A DNA stretch of 64,000 bases, from contig JBFMAY010000003.1 of the NCBI GenBank assembly GCA_040755455.1, positions 32,001-96,000 on the forward strand, in the 5' to 3' direction. How positions within the stretch are numbered: the first letter of the stretch is position 1; each line of letters starts with the position of its first letter. A program made the position numbers and the translations under genes. The notes beneath the pieces are model-generated. The model did no database searches, was not told the origin of the DNA, and was given only the letters and a program-made list of their open reading frames with translations. This DNA is from Thermodesulfobacteriota bacterium. GTDB lineage: Bacteria > Desulfobacterota > Desulfobulbia > Desulfobulbales > SURF-16. This document shows, piece by piece, positions 1 to 11,816 of the stretch.

Positions 1-173
1 AAGCCGGTCTCCAGAAATTTACCGAACAGATCATCAGGCAGCGAGACGAACTGCTGTTGCCGGTAAATCGCCCTCTTGGGCAGCCCATAGGGGCACTCCA
101 CGGCAACATCATAGAAATACTTCAGATATTGGTCGATGGAGTATGATGCTGAACTGATATGCTTAAAAGACAT
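1..173 (-). CDS. Partial arginyl-tRNA-protein transferase family (Bpt/ATE-like) protein; runs off window start
   Basis: Hand translation from ATG at 173: MSFKHISSASYSIDQYLKYFYDVAVECPYGLPKRAIYRQQQFVSLPDDLFGKFLETG..; CPY motif followed by L-x-x-G(F), as in the ATE N-terminal domain; starts 1 nt after the manC stop. Confidence 0.6.
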   Translation of the reverse strand, partial: MSFKHISSASYSIDQYLKYFYDVAVECPYGLPKRAIYRQQQFVSLPDDLFGKFLETG

Positions 174-174
174 C

Positions 175-1593
175 TCAAACCTTTGTTCCCTCCCTGCCGA
201 AGTCATCGTCAAAGCGCACGATATCATCCTCGCCCAGATAGCTGCCGTTCTGCACCTCAATCAGTTCAAGGGGGATGACGCCGGGATTTTCCAATCTATG
301 CCTCTCGCCGCAGGGGATGTAGGTTGACTGGTTCTCCAGCACCAGAAAAACCTTGTCGCCGCATGTCACCTTGGCCGTGCCTCTGACCACCACCCAATGT
401 TCGGAACGGTGATGATGCATCTGCAGGGAGAGCTTCACCCCGGGATTGACGGTGATTCTTTTAATCTTGAAGGCCGTCTGTTCCTCAAGAATGGTGTAGC
501 TGCCCCAGGGCCGGTAAACCGTGCGATGGAGGAGGTGCTCCTCCCTGCCCTCTTTTTTGAGGCGGGTGACAATTTTCTTGATCTCCTGGGACCTGTTTAT
601 CGGCGCAACCAGCACCGCATCCGCGGTTTCAACCACCAGCATATCCCGCAGTCCGACAGCGGCGACCAGCCGATTTTCCGAGCGGACAAAGCTGTTGGCC
701 AGATCCTCGACAAGTACGTCGCCATGCAGGACATTTCCATGGTCGTCCTTGTCGGCCACCTCCCAGAAAGCCTGCCAGGAGCCGATATCACTCCAGCCCA
801 GGTCTGCTGGGATCACGGCAACAAGGGCCGATTTTTCCATCATGGCATAATCAATGGAATCATCGGGGCATCTCTGCATGCTCTCCCTGTTCAGCCGGAA
901 AAAATCTTTATCCCGCGTGCCATGATCAACGGCCTCTGCCATGTGTTCGTAAATTTCAGGGGACAATTTTTCCATTTCCGCCAGAAAGGTGCTGGCGGTA
1001 AAGGCGAACATGCCGCTGTTCCAGAAGTAATTGCCTGCGTCCAGATACTCCTTCGCCTTTTGCAGATCCGGTTTTTCCACAAAGGACAGCACCCTGTTCC
1101 CCTCCCCCTTTTCTATATAGCCATAGCCGGTTTCCGGGGCATGGGGGGTGATGCCGAAGGTGACCAGCCGGCCCTGGACGGCCATTTCCGCGGCCTTGCC
1201 CACGGCCTCGCAAAAGGCCTGGGGCCGGCGGATGAGATGATCAGCCGGCAGCACCAGCAGGATAAGATCATCATCAGCGCGATCCCGACAGTAAAGGGCT
1301 GCGGCGCAGATGGCCGGCGCGGTATTTCTCCCCACGGGTTCGAGGATGATATCGACATGCCCGGCCGGGCTGAGTTCTTTTATCTGGTTCAAGGTGAGAA
1401 ACCGGTGCGCCTCGCCGACCACCACCACGGGCGACAAGGCATCGGGAAGATTCTCCAGGCGTTTCAGGGTGCTTTGCAGCAGGGAACAGTCTTCCGTCAG
1501 GTTGAGCAGCTGTTTGGGATAAAGCTCCCTTGACAGGGGCCAAAGCCTGGAACCTGAACCGCCAGCCAGGATGATCGGTTGAATGAGGGGCAT
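175..1593 (-). CDS. manC: Mannose-1-phosphate guanylyltransferase / mannose-6-phosphate isomerase
   Basis: ILAGGSGSRLWPLSR..PKQ, EPVGRNTAPA, FVEKP, WNSGMF, GWSDIGSW, C-terminal cupin (RPWG, HHHRSEHW). Confidence 0.95.
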   Translation of the reverse strand: MPLIQPIILAGGSGSRLWPLSRELYPKQLLNLTEDCSLLQSTLKRLENLPDALSPVVVVGEAHRFLTLNQIKELSPAGHVDIILEPVGRNTAPAICAAALYCRDRADDDLILLVLPADHLIRRPQAFCEAVGKAAEMAVQGRLVTFGITPHAPETGYGYIEKGEGNRVLSFVEKPDLQKAKEYLDAGNYFWNSGMFAFTASTFLAEMEKLSPEIYEHMAEAVDHGTRDKDFFRLNRESMQRCPDDSIDYAMMEKSALVAVIPADLGWSDIGSWQAFWEVADKDDHGNVLHGDVLVEDLANSFVRSENRLVAAVGLRDMLVVETADAVLVAPINRSQEIKKIVTRLKKEGREEHLLHRTVYRPWGSYTILEEQTAFKIKRITVNPGVKLSLQMHHHRSEHWVVVRGTAKVTCGDKVFLVLENQSTYIPCGERHRLENPGVIPLELIEVQNGSYLGEDDIVRFDDDFGREGTKV

Positions 1594-1623
1594 AGTATTC
1601 TCCTGGAATGTAATTTTCTCTTT

Positions 1624-2814
1624 TCAATACAAGAAATATTTTTGTCGCGCATCATTAAATTGTTGCAGATCCTCCTGCCAGCTCTGCTCGAGCTGGGCAA
1701 TTTCCACTCCGTCCGCCAGGGCTTTTCTCACCTGTTTTGAGCCAAGGATGAGATCAATGGGCATTTTTTCAAACTCATATTCATAAGGGGGTTCCTTCAA
1801 GGAAAAATCTGCCGGATAGAGCTTTATAAAGGCCTGGAGCAGGGCCAAGGCGACACGATAAGGCTTGAAGGACAAGTGGTCGGTTACGTGCAGCTGAAAG
1901 CCATAACAGTTGTCGCCCGCCCATTTATTGGCGGTTGGCTGGAACATCAGGGGCCGCAGGAAACAACCGGCCAGCAGGGAGTGATCCAGAAATTTGTCAA
2001 CCTGACTCGGATTGAGAAAAGGCGCGCCAAAGAGTTCAAAAGGCAGGGTCGTGCCCCTGCCCTCGGAGATATTGGTCCCTTCCCAGATCACCTGGCCCGG
2101 GTAGACTGCCGCAGTGGCGGGGGTGGGCATATTCGGCGATGGGAAAAGCCAGGGCAGGCCTGTGGCGGCAAAGGTCATCTGCCGCTGCCAGCCTTGCATC
2201 GGGATGACCTGATAATCGGCATGGATGCCGAAATGGTCGTTGAACAGCAGCCCGAGTTCGCCGAAGGTCAGGCCGTGCCGCATGGGAATCGGGTAAAGGC
2301 CGACAAAGGAACGCAGTTCCTCATCCACCAGATTACCTTCAACATGCACCCCGTCCACCGGGTTCGGCCGGTCAAGTACCACCACCTTCTTGCCCGAGCG
2401 GGCCGCCTCTTCAAGGCAATAGGCCAGGGTGGACATGAAGGTATAGACCCTGGTGCCGACATCGATGAGATCAACCAGCAGCACATCAAGATGGCTAAAC
2501 ATCTCCGTGGTGGGCCTTCTCGTCTCGCCATAGAGACTGAAGACAGGGAGACCCGTCTGCGGGTCGCGGCCGTGGTCCGATTCGATCATGTTGTCCTGTT
2601 TTTCACAGAAGAAACCATGCTGCGGGGTAAAAAGACAGCTGAGCTGCCCAGGAAAGGCCTGGGCAATGAGATCACGGCTGTGGCGGCAGTAGCGGTCCGT
2701 TGAGGCCTGATTGCAGAGCAGGCCCAGCCGTTTGCCTTTTAGGAATGCCGGAGGGGCGGCTATGAGTTCCTCGACGCCCAGGCTTACCATTGTCTTTGAT
2801 TTCAAAAGTTCCAT
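1624..2814 (-). CDS. DUF1343 family exo-beta-N-acetylmuramidase (NamZ-like)
   Basis: PQHG, DVGTRVYTF, LDRPNP, RHGLTFGEL, PSPNMPT, SEGRGTT motifs. Confidence 0.85.
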   Translation of the reverse strand: MELLKSKTMVSLGVEELIAAPPAFLKGKRLGLLCNQASTDRYCRHSRDLIAQAFPGQLSCLFTPQHGFFCEKQDNMIESDHGRDPQTGLPVFSLYGETRRPTTEMFSHLDVLLVDLIDVGTRVYTFMSTLAYCLEEAARSGKKVVVLDRPNPVDGVHVEGNLVDEELRSFVGLYPIPMRHGLTFGELGLLFNDHFGIHADYQVIPMQGWQRQMTFAATGLPWLFPSPNMPTPATAAVYPGQVIWEGTNISEGRGTTLPFELFGAPFLNPSQVDKFLDHSLLAGCFLRPLMFQPTANKWAGDNCYGFQLHVTDHLSFKPYRVALALLQAFIKLYPADFSLKEPPYEYEFEKMPIDLILGSKQVRKALADGVEIAQLEQSWQEDLQQFNDARQKYFLY

Positions 2815-2864
2815 GGGTTATAGTATTTTCCTGATTTTCAATATCATTAAAAAGGATCAGTATA

Positions 2865-3623
2865 ATGAAAATAGCAATCAGCGGCAAGGGTGGTGTTGGC
2901 AAGACAACAATTATGGGACTGCTTGCCAGACAGACGCAAAAAAGCGGCAGGGAGGTTCTGGTGATTGATGCCGATCCCAGCCCACACATGGCGCAGACTC
3001 TCGGGGTGGACAACGTTGCAGACATCACCCCCATCGCCGAGATGAAAAAAATGCTCACCGACCGCTCGGGCAAGGTCGAAGGTTCGCCATTTTATAATAT
3101 CAACCCCAAGGTTGATGATCTGCCCGCCCAGTTCATGCGTGAAAAGGACGGGGTCAAGCTGATGGTGCTCGGCGCGATTCAGACGGCTGAAGGAGGATGC
3201 GCCTGCCCGGAGAATACGGTATTAAAACGGCTGCTGACCAGATTGCTGCTCAACCCAAGCCAAACGGTGCTGCTCGATATGGAGGCCGGAGTGGAGCATC
3301 TGGGCCGGGGCACCATTGCCGGGGTCGATGCCCTGCTCATTGTGGTTATCCCCGCCACGTCAAGCGTGCGGACCGGTCTCAAAATCCAGAAACTCGCCAG
3401 GGAATCGGGTATTCCCCGTATTTTCTTTGTCGGTAATCTGGTTGATGCCGAGGAAGATGAGCTGTTTTTGACCAATGGCCTGGGGGAAAAACCCATTGTC
3501 TTTTTCCCCGACTCCAACAAGATCAGAAAGGCAGAACGGGCGGGAACACCGATTACCGAGGCCGACGAGGGAATGAACGGGGTTGCCGCCCGGCTTCTCG
3601 CCAGACTCACTGATGCAATCTAA
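2865..3623 (+). CDS. CooC/AcsF-like nickel-insertion ATPase (MinD/ParA type)
   Basis: MKIAISGKGGVGKTT, IDADP, GGCACP, DMEAGVEHLGRG. Confidence 0.85.
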   Translation: MKIAISGKGGVGKTTIMGLLARQTQKSGREVLVIDADPSPHMAQTLGVDNVADITPIAEMKKMLTDRSGKVEGSPFYNINPKVDDLPAQFMREKDGVKLMVLGAIQTAEGGCACPENTVLKRLLTRLLLNPSQTVLLDMEAGVEHLGRGTIAGVDALLIVVIPATSSVRTGLKIQKLARESGIPRIFFVGNLVDAEEDELFLTNGLGEKPIVFFPDSNKIRKAERAGTPITEADEGMNGVAARLLARLTDAI

Positions 3624-3677
3624 AAAATGTTCCGTGGATACGCGCCCCCTTCCAGATCAGTTGCATGGGCGCAAACA

Positions 3678-4196
3678 TCACCCGAAACACAGTCCGCAGT
3701 CCGGACAGACGGTGGTGGTGGTCTGGAATTCAAAGCCGCAGGCCGGACAGGTGGCATGTCCGGCCTCGGGATTGAAAACCGTGTCGCAGCTCGACAGGTC
3801 GTGATGATTCAAGGCGGTTGTCCGTTCAAGATGGGCCTGGACAACGGCAAAGGCGTCCGGCGCATCGGGCCTGCGCACCTGCAGAAGAAATGTTGACGGA
3901 CAGCAACCCTTCTTGCAGGAACTTCCTTCACCGGTGATCAGGTAGCCGATATTTTCCGCCCGCAGTTCCGGCTCCATGGCGCGGATCTCGTTGAGCTGCC
4001 CTTTATGAATGGCGACGATATCCTCGTCAGGACCGATTTCACCGGATCGGGAATTTTTTCTCTCATTGGCACGGTTTACTACGGCCAGCATGTCCGCGCC
4101 GCTCAGCAGGGCCACCCCGCACTCGGCGCACCTCTCAATTTCCGCTCGATACTCGTCGTTGCATTGCGGGCAATATTTTAATTCCGGGTCAATCAT
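3678..4196 (-). CDS. Cys-rich hypothetical protein with N- and C-terminal zinc-ribbon motifs
   Basis: CPQC..CAEC, CKKGCC, CPAC..CPDC. Confidence 0.75.
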   Translation of the reverse strand: MIDPELKYCPQCNDEYRAEIERCAECGVALLSGADMLAVVNRANERKNSRSGEIGPDEDIVAIHKGQLNEIRAMEPELRAENIGYLITGEGSSCKKGCCPSTFLLQVRRPDAPDAFAVVQAHLERTTALNHHDLSSCDTVFNPEAGHATCPACGFEFQTTTTVCPDCGLCFG

Positions 4197-4229
4197 CTTT
4201 CACTCCACAACTTGATTTTTATACAAACC

Positions 4230-4258
4230 GGCATGGACTTTACGGAAAAGTCCATGCC
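4230..4258 (-). terminator. Hairpin downstream of hslU
   Basis: GGCATGGACTTT / AAAGTCCATGCC inverted repeat. Confidence 0.5.
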
Positions 4259-4278
4259 TTTGATAAGCAGCAGCACTA

Positions 4279-5652
4279 TCACAGGATATAGCGGCTGAGG
4301 TCTTCGCTGTCGGAGATCTTGCGTAACTGTTTTTTCACATATTCCGCGGTGACCTCAAATTTCTGCCCGGCAAACTCCGGAGCATTGAAGGATACCTCTT
4401 CAAGTAGCCGTTCCATTATGGTATGCAGGCGTCTGGCCCCGATGTTTTCCGTTTTCAGATTTACCTCGGTGGCGATCCTGGCCATCTCCCGGATGGCCTC
4501 ATCCTGGAAGGAAAGATCAATGTTTTCCGTGGCCATCAGGGCAATATACTGTTTGATCAGGGCATTTTGCGGTTCGGTCAGGATGCGGTAAAATTCCTCC
4601 TCCCCCAGGGGATTCAGTTCCACCCGGATGGGGAAACGGCCCTGGAGTTCAGGCACCAGATCGGAGGGCTTGCAGAGATGAAAGGCGCCGCTGGCGATGA
4701 ACAGGATATGATCGGTTTTCACCATGCCGAATTTCGTCGTCACGGTCGCCCCCTCGACAATGGGCAGCAGATCCCGCTGCACCCCCTCCCGGGAAACCTC
4801 CGCCGAACTGACCGTCCCCTGACGGGAGGCGATTTTATCTATCTCATCAAGGAAAATAATGCCGGACTGTTCGGTCCTCTGGATGGCAAGCTTGGTGACC
4901 TTGTCCATCTCGATGAGCTTTTCGGATTCTTCCCTTTCCAGGATCACTCTGGCCTCGGCCACGCTAAGCTTGCGGCGCTCCCTTTTCTGCGGAAAAATCT
5001 TGCTGAACATATCCTTCATGCCGGAGCCCATGTCATCCATGCCGCTGCCTGAAAAAATCTCAACCAGGGGCGCGTTCTGGGACTGCTCAACCACCATCTC
5101 CACCAGCTTGTCGTCAAGCTTGCCGTCCCGCAGCATCTGCCGGAATTTTTCCCTGGTGCTGTTTTTCCCGGACACGGCTTCGCCTTCCGGTCCGGGCAGG
5201 GTGATCGTTTTACTGACCGGGGATGGTGATGGCGGCACCAGCAGATCAAGCAGCCGCTCTTCGGCCATGGCTGCAGCCTTGTCCTTGACCTTGGCCGTTT
5301 CTTCCTTTTTTACCATGTTGACCGCAAGCTGGGTGAGATCACGGATCATGGATTCCACGTCGCGGCCCACATAACCGATCTCGGTGAATTTCGATGCCTC
5401 GATTTTTAAAAAGGGAGACTGGGCAAGATGGGCGAGCCGCCGGGCGATTTCCGTCTTGCCGACGCCGGTTGGCCCGATCATGATGATGTTTTTCGGGGCG
5501 ATTTCATCCCGCAGCGGCGGTTCGACCTGCTGCCGGCGCCAGCGGTTGCGCAGGGCCACGGCCACGGAACGCTTGGCGTCTTCCTGGCCGATGATGAACT
5601 GATCGAGTCTGGTAACGATTTCTTTTGGGGTAAGGGAATGGGAAAGGGTCAT
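4279..5652 (-). CDS. hslU: ATP-dependent protease ATPase subunit HslU
   Basis: [61 protein letters not shown]. Confidence 0.97.
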   Translation of the reverse strand: MTLSHSLTPKEIVTRLDQFIIGQEDAKRSVAVALRNRWRRQQVEPPLRDEIAPKNIIMIGPTGVGKTEIARRLAHLAQSPFLKIEASKFTEIGYVGRDVESMIRDLTQLAVNMVKKEETAKVKDKAAAMAEERLLDLLVPPSPSPVSKTITLPGPEGEAVSGKNSTREKFRQMLRDGKLDDKLVEMVVEQSQNAPLVEIFSGSGMDDMGSGMKDMFSKIFPQKRERRKLSVAEARVILEREESEKLIEMDKVTKLAIQRTEQSGIIFLDEIDKIASRQGTVSSAEVSREGVQRDLLPIVEGATVTTKFGMVKTDHILFIASGAFHLCKPSDLVPELQGRFPIRVELNPLGEEEFYRILTEPQNALIKQYIALMATENIDLSFQDEAIREMARIATEVNLKTENIGARRLHTIMERLLEEVSFNAPEFAGQKFEVTAEYVKKQLRKISDSEDLSRYIL

Positions 5653-6200
5653 ATTTTTTCCACAACAAGGTTGGTGTTGGTGTAAATGCAGATTTGCCCG
5701 GCTATCTCCATGGCCGCCCGGCAGATTTCCTCGGCCCCGAGATCACTGTGGCTGATCAGGGCCTTGGCCGCGGCCTGAGCATAGGGGCCGCCTGAGCCGA
5801 TGGCCAGAATGCCGTCGTCGGATTCGATCACGTCACCGGATCCGGATAAAATGAAGGAATGATCCCTGTCCGCGGCAATAAGCATTGCTTCAAGCCTTCT
5901 GAGCATCTTATCAGTACGCCAGTCTTTGGCCAGTTCAACGGCGGCCCGGGTGAGATTGCCGTTATACTGCTCCAGTTTGCCCTCGAGCTTGTCAAAAAGG
6001 GTAAAGGCGTCCGCCGTGGCCCCGGCAAAGCCGGTAAGCACCTTATTCTGATAAAGCCGCCTCACCTTTTTCGCCTGGTGCTTCATGATGGTGGTTCCCA
6101 GGGTTACCTGGCCATCGCCAGCCACCACCACCTCTCCCTTATGCCGGACACAGATGATGGTGGTCGACCGGATTATCGGCTGCGTGTCTTTGTTTTTCAT
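5649..6200 (-). CDS. hslV: ATP-dependent protease peptidase subunit HslV
   Basis: TTI Ntn start, [29 protein letters not shown]. Confidence 0.97.
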   Translation of the reverse strand: MKNKDTQPIIRSTTIICVRHKGEVVVAGDGQVTLGTTIMKHQAKKVRRLYQNKVLTGFAGATADAFTLFDKLEGKLEQYNGNLTRAAVELAKDWRTDKMLRRLEAMLIAADRDHSFILSGSGDVIESDDGILAIGSGGPYAQAAAKALISHSDLGAEEICRAAMEIAGQICIYTNTNLVVEKI

Positions 6201-6286
6201 TTTCTTCTTACCCGCTTATTGAATGAATTCGTAAAAAGTCTCATTGACCAGATCCGCAATCCGCATTCAGCAATTACAGATCACTC

Positions 6287-7225
6287 TCATCCCCGCCTGG
6301 CCTTGGGATGGGCGGCATCATACACCTCCATCAGATGGTCGATGTTCAGATGCGTGTACTTCTGAGTTGTTGAAAGACTGGCATGCCCCAGCAGCTCCTG
6401 CACGGAACGCAGATCAGCGCCCATCTCCAGCAGATGGGTGGCGAATGAATGCCGCAGAGCATGGGGGGTGACCTGGGACATTATACCGGCCCGGCCGGCA
6501 TAAAAGCTGACAAGCCGTTCGATGCTGCGGGTGGTGATCCTCCCTCCCCTGGCGTTTAAGAAAAGGGCGTCCTTTTCAGGGTTGTTGCCGCGCTTGGCCC
6601 GGACAGCCATGAGTTCCCCGCGCTGCGGGAGATATTTGTTGAGCATATCCAGGGCCGGATCACCCGTGGGAACAAGACGCTCCTTGTTGCCTTTTCCCGT
6701 TATCCTAATCATTCCCTCCTGAAAATCAACCCTGTCGATATTCAGGGCGGCAAGCTCCGCCACCCGCATTCCCGTGGCATAGAGCAGCTCCAGCATCGCC
6801 TTGTCGCGCATGGCAAAGGTGTCCCGGTCATCAGGCGCCTCAAGCAGTGAGAACACCTCGTCCACGGTCAGAAACACCGGGATGTATTTCCCCTGCCTGG
6901 GGGTGGAGACATGGGAAAATGGGTCCCTTGCCACGATTTTTTCTCTGAGCAGAAACCGGAAAAACGTGCGCAGGGCGGAAAGTTTGCGGGCCACGGAAGA
7001 ACTTTTGCAGCGCGAGTTGAGATGATACACATAGGAGCGGACCCAAAGAGGGTCGAGGGCCGCCAGATCGAGAGGTTCTTCGGCAAAGGCCAGAAAATCC
7101 TCCACATCCCGCCGATAATTGGTCATAGTATGTGGCGAATAGCCTTTCTCAACATCGAGCCATCCGACAAAGCGGGCCAGATAATCATCATTTGCCGGAG
7201 GTTTTTTGGGAAAGCTGGCGGTCAT
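6287..7225 (-). CDS. xerC: Tyrosine recombinase XerC
   Basis: TGMRVAEL, GKGNKER, HALRHSFATH, LLGHASLSTTQKY; upstream of hslVU. Confidence 0.9.
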   Translation of the reverse strand: MTASFPKKPPANDDYLARFVGWLDVEKGYSPHTMTNYRRDVEDFLAFAEEPLDLAALDPLWVRSYVYHLNSRCKSSSVARKLSALRTFFRFLLREKIVARDPFSHVSTPRQGKYIPVFLTVDEVFSLLEAPDDRDTFAMRDKAMLELLYATGMRVAELAALNIDRVDFQEGMIRITGKGNKERLVPTGDPALDMLNKYLPQRGELMAVRAKRGNNPEKDALFLNARGGRITTRSIERLVSFYAGRAGIMSQVTPHALRHSFATHLLEMGADLRSVQELLGHASLSTTQKYTHLNIDHLMEVYDAAHPKARRG

Positions 7226-7297
7226 TCTTGCGTAATGGGCGATAGGATGTTAAATAAGTAATCTTGTTTTTTTAGTAAATAACACTTTCAGGATACT

Positions 7298-7546
7298 ATG
7301 GCCAAAAAAAATTTTGAAACAGCCCTGGAACGACTCGAACAAATTGCCAGAGAACTTGAAGAGGGGGACCTCTCCCTGGAAAACTCGCTTAAAAAATTTG
7401 ACGAGGGCATGAAACTTGTCCAATTCTGTAACCAGAAGCTTGATGAATCACAACAACAAATCGATATCCTGTTGAACAAAAATGGCGCGCTGACCCCGGT
7501 GCCATTTCAGTCGGAAGAAGACGAAGCCCCGGAAGAGAACAGCTAA
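7298..7546 (+). CDS. xseB: Exodeoxyribonuclease VII small subunit
   Basis: FETALERLEQIARELE..LSLENSLKKFDEG; precedes ispA-dxs. Confidence 0.93.
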   Translation: MAKKNFETALERLEQIARELEEGDLSLENSLKKFDEGMKLVQFCNQKLDESQQQIDILLNKNGALTPVPFQSEEDEAPEENS

Positions 7547-8437
7547 GTGGACCTGAAAGCTTATTTAGAAAAAAAACGGATACAGGTGGAAGAGGGCCTT
7601 ACGTCCTGCATGCTGCAACCCGAAGGATTGCTCGCCCATCACCTCAATGCCATGCGCTATTCCCTGTTTGCGGGCGGCAAGCGCATCCGGCCGGTTCTCT
7701 GCCTGGCGGTAAGCGAGGCGTTGCACGTTGACCCCACGCCCTATCTGCGACTGGCCTGCAGCCTGGAATGCATTCACACCTATTCCCTGATTCATGATGA
7801 TCTGCCGGCCATGGATAACGATGATCTGCGCCGGGGAAAGCCGACCAATCACAAGGTGTTCGGCGAGGCGGAGGCCATTCTGGCCGGCGACAGTCTGCTC
7901 ACCTACGCCTTTGAACTGCTGTCCGCACCCATCCCTGCCGGCAGCCTGACAAGTGCGGACCAGCTCCGCATCATCGCCATCATCGCCCGGGCCATCGGAC
8001 CACTGGGCATGGTTGGCGGGCAGTCCCTTGATATGAAATCCGAAGGACAGAAAATCAGTTTCAAGACCTTACAGTATCTGCACAGCTGCAAGACCGGGGC
8101 ATTGATTACCGCGGCCGTCCAGACCGGGGCCGTTATCGGCCAGGCGACGGAGGAACAGTTTGCCGCACTCACCATCTATGGAAAACAGATCGGGCTGGCT
8201 TTCCAGATTGTCGATGATCTCCTCAATGTTGAGGGGACCGCGGAACAGCTCGGCAAGGCGGTCGGTTCTGATGCAAAACTTGACAAGGCCACCTATCCTT
8301 CCTTCTTCGGCATGGAAAAAACCCGGGAGATGGCCAGGGCCGCGGTTGAAGGTGCGATTGATTCGCTGATAAATTTCGACGCCCAGGCAGACCCCCTCCG
8401 CGAATTGGCCCGCTACATCTATTACAGAAAGAGATAA
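7547..8437 (+). CDS. ispA: Farnesyl diphosphate synthase
   Basis: [36 protein letters not shown]. Confidence 0.93.
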   Translation: MDLKAYLEKKRIQVEEGLTSCMLQPEGLLAHHLNAMRYSLFAGGKRIRPVLCLAVSEALHVDPTPYLRLACSLECIHTYSLIHDDLPAMDNDDLRRGKPTNHKVFGEAEAILAGDSLLTYAFELLSAPIPAGSLTSADQLRIIAIIARAIGPLGMVGGQSLDMKSEGQKISFKTLQYLHSCKTGALITAAVQTGAVIGQATEEQFAALTIYGKQIGLAFQIVDDLLNVEGTAEQLGKAVGSDAKLDKATYPSFFGMEKTREMARAAVEGAIDSLINFDAQADPLRELARYIYYRKR

Positions 8438-8448
8438 CACCTATTTCC

Positions 8449-10335
8449 ATGGAAGAACCCAGAATCCTCCCGACCATCGACTCTCCGACTGATCTCAGAA
8501 AACTTGCTGAAGAAGATCTTGCTCTTCTGGCCAGGGAGATTCGCCAGGAAATTATCCAAACCGTTGCCCGGGTGGGTGGTCATCTTGCCCCATGTCTCGG
8601 CGTCGTGGAATTGACCCTCGCCCTGCACTATGTTTTCAACACCCCGGAAGACAAATTGATTTGGGATGTGGGCCACCAGTCCTATGCCCATAAGCTTATC
8701 ACCGGCCGCCGCGACCGGTTTCATACCCTGCGCCAGTACCAGGGCATCAGCGGTTTCCCGAAGCGGGAGGAAAGTATTTATGACGCCTTTGACACCGGCC
8801 ACAGCAGCACATCCATCTCCGCGGCCCTGGGCATCACCATCGCCAATTACTTGAAAGGCGGCACCCATAAGACCATCGCCGTGATCGGTGATGGTTCCAT
8901 GACCGGCGGCATGGCTTTTGAGGCCTTGAACCAGGCCGGGCACCTGGATAAGGATCTGATTGTCGTGCTCAATGACAACGAGATGTCCATTTCACCAAAC
9001 GTCGGCGCCCTGTCGAGCTTTCTGAGCCGCAAACTGACCGGGCGGGCCATGGTGCGGGCCAAGCAGGATCTGAGCCAGTTTCTCAAGCATTTCGCCAATG
9101 TCGGGGAAAACATCCTGCAGGTTCTGAAAAAAAGCGAGGAAAGTCTGAAAGGATTCTTCACCCCGGGAATGCTTTTTGAGGCCCTCAAATTTGAATACAT
9201 CGGCCCCATTCCCGGCCACAAACTTGAAAACCTGCTGCAGACCTTTAAAAATGTGCGGGATTTCACCTCTGGCCCGGTGCTCATCCATGTCATCACCACC
9301 AAGGGCAAAGGCTATGCCCCGGCGGAAAAGAATCCGGGCGCCTATCATGGCCTGGGACCCTTTGCCATCGAAACCGGCCTCCCCCTCCCCGGCCCCGCAA
9401 CGGCCCCTTCCTATACCAAAGTTTTCGGCGACACCATGGTGGAGATTGCCAGGCAAGACCCGCGAATTGCCGCCATTACGGCCGCCATGCCGGCAGGAAC
9501 CGGACTGATGAAATTTTCCGAACAGTTCCCGGACCGCTTCTTTGATGTGGGCATCGCGGAACAGCATGCGGTGACCTTTGCCGCGGGGCTGGCAACGGAG
9601 GGAATTCTGCCAGTGGTGGCCATTTATTCCACCTTCATGCAGCGGGCCCTTGATCAGGTCATCCACGACGTATGCCTTCCCAATCTTCCCGTCACATTTG
9701 CCATCGACCGGGGTGGTCTGGTGGGGGATGACGGACCAACCCATCACGGGGTTTTTGACATCTCCTTTCTGCGCTTCATCCCCAATATGGTGCTCATGGC
9801 CCCCAAAGACGAGGAGGAACTGCGCCATATGCTCTTTACTGCCATCTTCATGCCATGCCCCACTGCAGTGCGTTACAGCCGAGGCAGTGGAGAAGGCGTC
9901 GAGCTGACCCCTGATCTGCAGAAATTGCCGTTCGGCAAGGGAGAACTCCTGCGGGAAGGCCGTGATGTTCTGCTGCTTCCGGTCGGCAACCGGGTTTATT
10001 CCGCCCTGGAAGCGGCAGAGGGTCTGCTGAAGATTGGCATCAGCGCGGCGGTCATCAACCCCAGATTCATCAATCCCCTGGACGGGGACCTGATCACCGA
10101 GTGGGCAGTCAAAACCGGCAAGGTGGTCACCGTGGAGGACCATGTGAAAAAAGGCGGATTCGGCAGTGCGGTTCTTGAGCTGCTGGCCAGAAGGGGAATT
10201 ACCGGCATACCGGTCCGCATTCTCGGTATTGCCGACCGGTTCGTTGAACATGGCAGTCAGGAGATTCTGCGCCATAACAACAAAATCGATGCTCCGTCCA
10301 TCATTAACAATGCCTTAGAACTTGTCGGCAAGTGA
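8449..10335 (+). CDS. dxs: 1-deoxy-D-xylulose-5-phosphate synthase
   Basis: [41 protein letters not shown]. Confidence 0.97.
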   Translation: MEEPRILPTIDSPTDLRKLAEEDLALLAREIRQEIIQTVARVGGHLAPCLGVVELTLALHYVFNTPEDKLIWDVGHQSYAHKLITGRRDRFHTLRQYQGISGFPKREESIYDAFDTGHSSTSISAALGITIANYLKGGTHKTIAVIGDGSMTGGMAFEALNQAGHLDKDLIVVLNDNEMSISPNVGALSSFLSRKLTGRAMVRAKQDLSQFLKHFANVGENILQVLKKSEESLKGFFTPGMLFEALKFEYIGPIPGHKLENLLQTFKNVRDFTSGPVLIHVITTKGKGYAPAEKNPGAYHGLGPFAIETGLPLPGPATAPSYTKVFGDTMVEIARQDPRIAAITAAMPAGTGLMKFSEQFPDRFFDVGIAEQHAVTFAAGLATEGILPVVAIYSTFMQRALDQVIHDVCLPNLPVTFAIDRGGLVGDDGPTHHGVFDISFLRFIPNMVLMAPKDEEELRHMLFTAIFMPCPTAVRYSRGSGEGVELTPDLQKLPFGKGELLREGRDVLLLPVGNRVYSALEAAEGLLKIGISAAVINPRFINPLDGDLITEWAVKTGKVVTVEDHVKKGGFGSAVLELLARRGITGIPVRILGIADRFVEHGSQEILRHNNKIDAPSIINNALELVGK

Positions 10336-11801
10336 TTAAAGATCCGGCCGGCAAAAAATCCGCTCCCCCGCTTGTCTGGGCTTTCACCACCTATTTTGCC
10401 GAAGGCCTGCCCTACATCCTGATCAGAACATTGTCCACCTTTTTCTTCCGGGCCAGCGGCGTGAGCCTGGAGGCCACCGGCCTGACCGCTCTTTACGGGC
10501 TGCCCTGGATATTGAAATTTTTATGGGCGCCTTTTCTTGATTCATTCGGCACCAAACGCCGGTGGCTGCTCATCACCCAGGGATTTCTCGTCTGTTTTTT
10601 TATCCTTATTGCCTTGTTGACCAATTATTCCTGGGCACTGCCGGTCATTGCCCTGCTTTTTTTTATTGCCAGTTTTATTGCCGCAAGCCACGATACCGCC
10701 ATTGACGGCTACTACCTGGAGGCTTTGACGGTGGCAGAACAGGCCCGCTATGTGGGTTACCGGGTCATGGCCTATCGCATCGCCATGATGTTCGGCACCG
10801 GGGTGATTGTCACCATTGGCTCCCGCATAGGCTGGTTCTGGGCCTTTGGCTTATCCGCCCTTGTCCTGGCCCTGCTCTATCTTTTTCATCTGGCCCTTCT
10901 TCCCCGATGCGAGCGAGCGAATGAATCAATCAGGCGGCTGATGACGCAGATTTTCACCCTGCGTTTTATGCTGATGACGGTCATCGCGATCATTTTTCTT
11001 GCGGCGTTCACCGTCTGGTACCGAAACAGCTCACAACCATCGACTTTTCCCTTCTCTGACTTGGTGGGCATACTGCTCTTGGGGTCGCTGCTCCTGCTTG
11101 TTCCCATGCGCAACAGACTCCTGGCCAGTATTAAGAATCGTCCTGATTCCATTTTTGCCCGATCCTTTATTTCGTTTATTGATCGTGACAAAATTACCGT
11201 AATCATCCTGTTTATCATCTGCGTCCGGGTCGGTGAATTCATGCTTTCCTCCATGGTCGGGCCATTTTTTATTGATGCCGGACTGAAGGAACATTATGGA
11301 TGGATCACCGGTGCGGTGGGGCTGCCATGCTCAATAATCGGGGCCATGGCGGGGGGATGGCTTATCGCCGGCAAAAGTCTGCGGAAAATGATCTGGCCCT
11401 TTCTGCTGGCCCAGAATTTGACAAACCTGACCTATATGCTGCTGGCATTCCATCTGTTGCCTTATGGCACACAAGCCGCAGGCGGCATACCGGCAGATAC
11501 ACCGGCAAACATACTTCTCGCCTGTGCAGTGGCCGCTTTTGACTCTCTGTCCGGAGGTCTGGGCACCGCGGTGCTCATGACTTTTCTGATGGATTTATGC
11601 CGAGGGAATTTCAAAGCGGCGCATTATGCCATCGGCACCGGGTTGATGAGCGTTGCCGGGGTGTACGCCGGTTCTTTCAGCGGATTTCTGGTGGAGTGGT
11701 TCGGATATGCTTACTTCTTCGGCATCAGCTTCGTTTTTTCACTTCCAGCCATGGGTTTTATATATTTTCTGCCATGGCTGGACGTGAAAGATCATTCTTA
11801 G
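10332..11801 (+). CDS. AmpG-like MFS muropeptide permease
   Basis: [26 protein letters not shown]; many TM segments; overlaps the dxs stop. Confidence 0.8.
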   Translation: MIKDPAGKKSAPPLVWAFTTYFAEGLPYILIRTLSTFFFRASGVSLEATGLTALYGLPWILKFLWAPFLDSFGTKRRWLLITQGFLVCFFILIALLTNYSWALPVIALLFFIASFIAASHDTAIDGYYLEALTVAEQARYVGYRVMAYRIAMMFGTGVIVTIGSRIGWFWAFGLSALVLALLYLFHLALLPRCERANESIRRLMTQIFTLRFMLMTVIAIIFLAAFTVWYRNSSQPSTFPFSDLVGILLLGSLLLLVPMRNRLLASIKNRPDSIFARSFISFIDRDKITVIILFIICVRVGEFMLSSMVGPFFIDAGLKEHYGWITGAVGLPCSIIGAMAGGWLIAGKSLRKMIWPFLLAQNLTNLTYMLLAFHLLPYGTQAAGGIPADTPANILLACAVAAFDSLSGGLGTAVLMTFLMDLCRGNFKAAHYAIGTGLMSVAGVYAGSFSGFLVEWFGYAYFFGISFVFSLPAMGFIYFLPWLDVKDHS

Positions 11802-11816
11802 CCGTGTAGAGCGGCA

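Noticed and set aside
6287..7225. Tyrosine recombinase as a phage or island integrase
   Set aside because: Typical XerC sequence in the conserved xerC-hslV-hslU context; no att sites or cargo
7228..7255. dif-like site upstream of xerC (GGATGTTAAAT)
   Set aside because: Only the XerD-like arm resembles the consensus; no XerC arm
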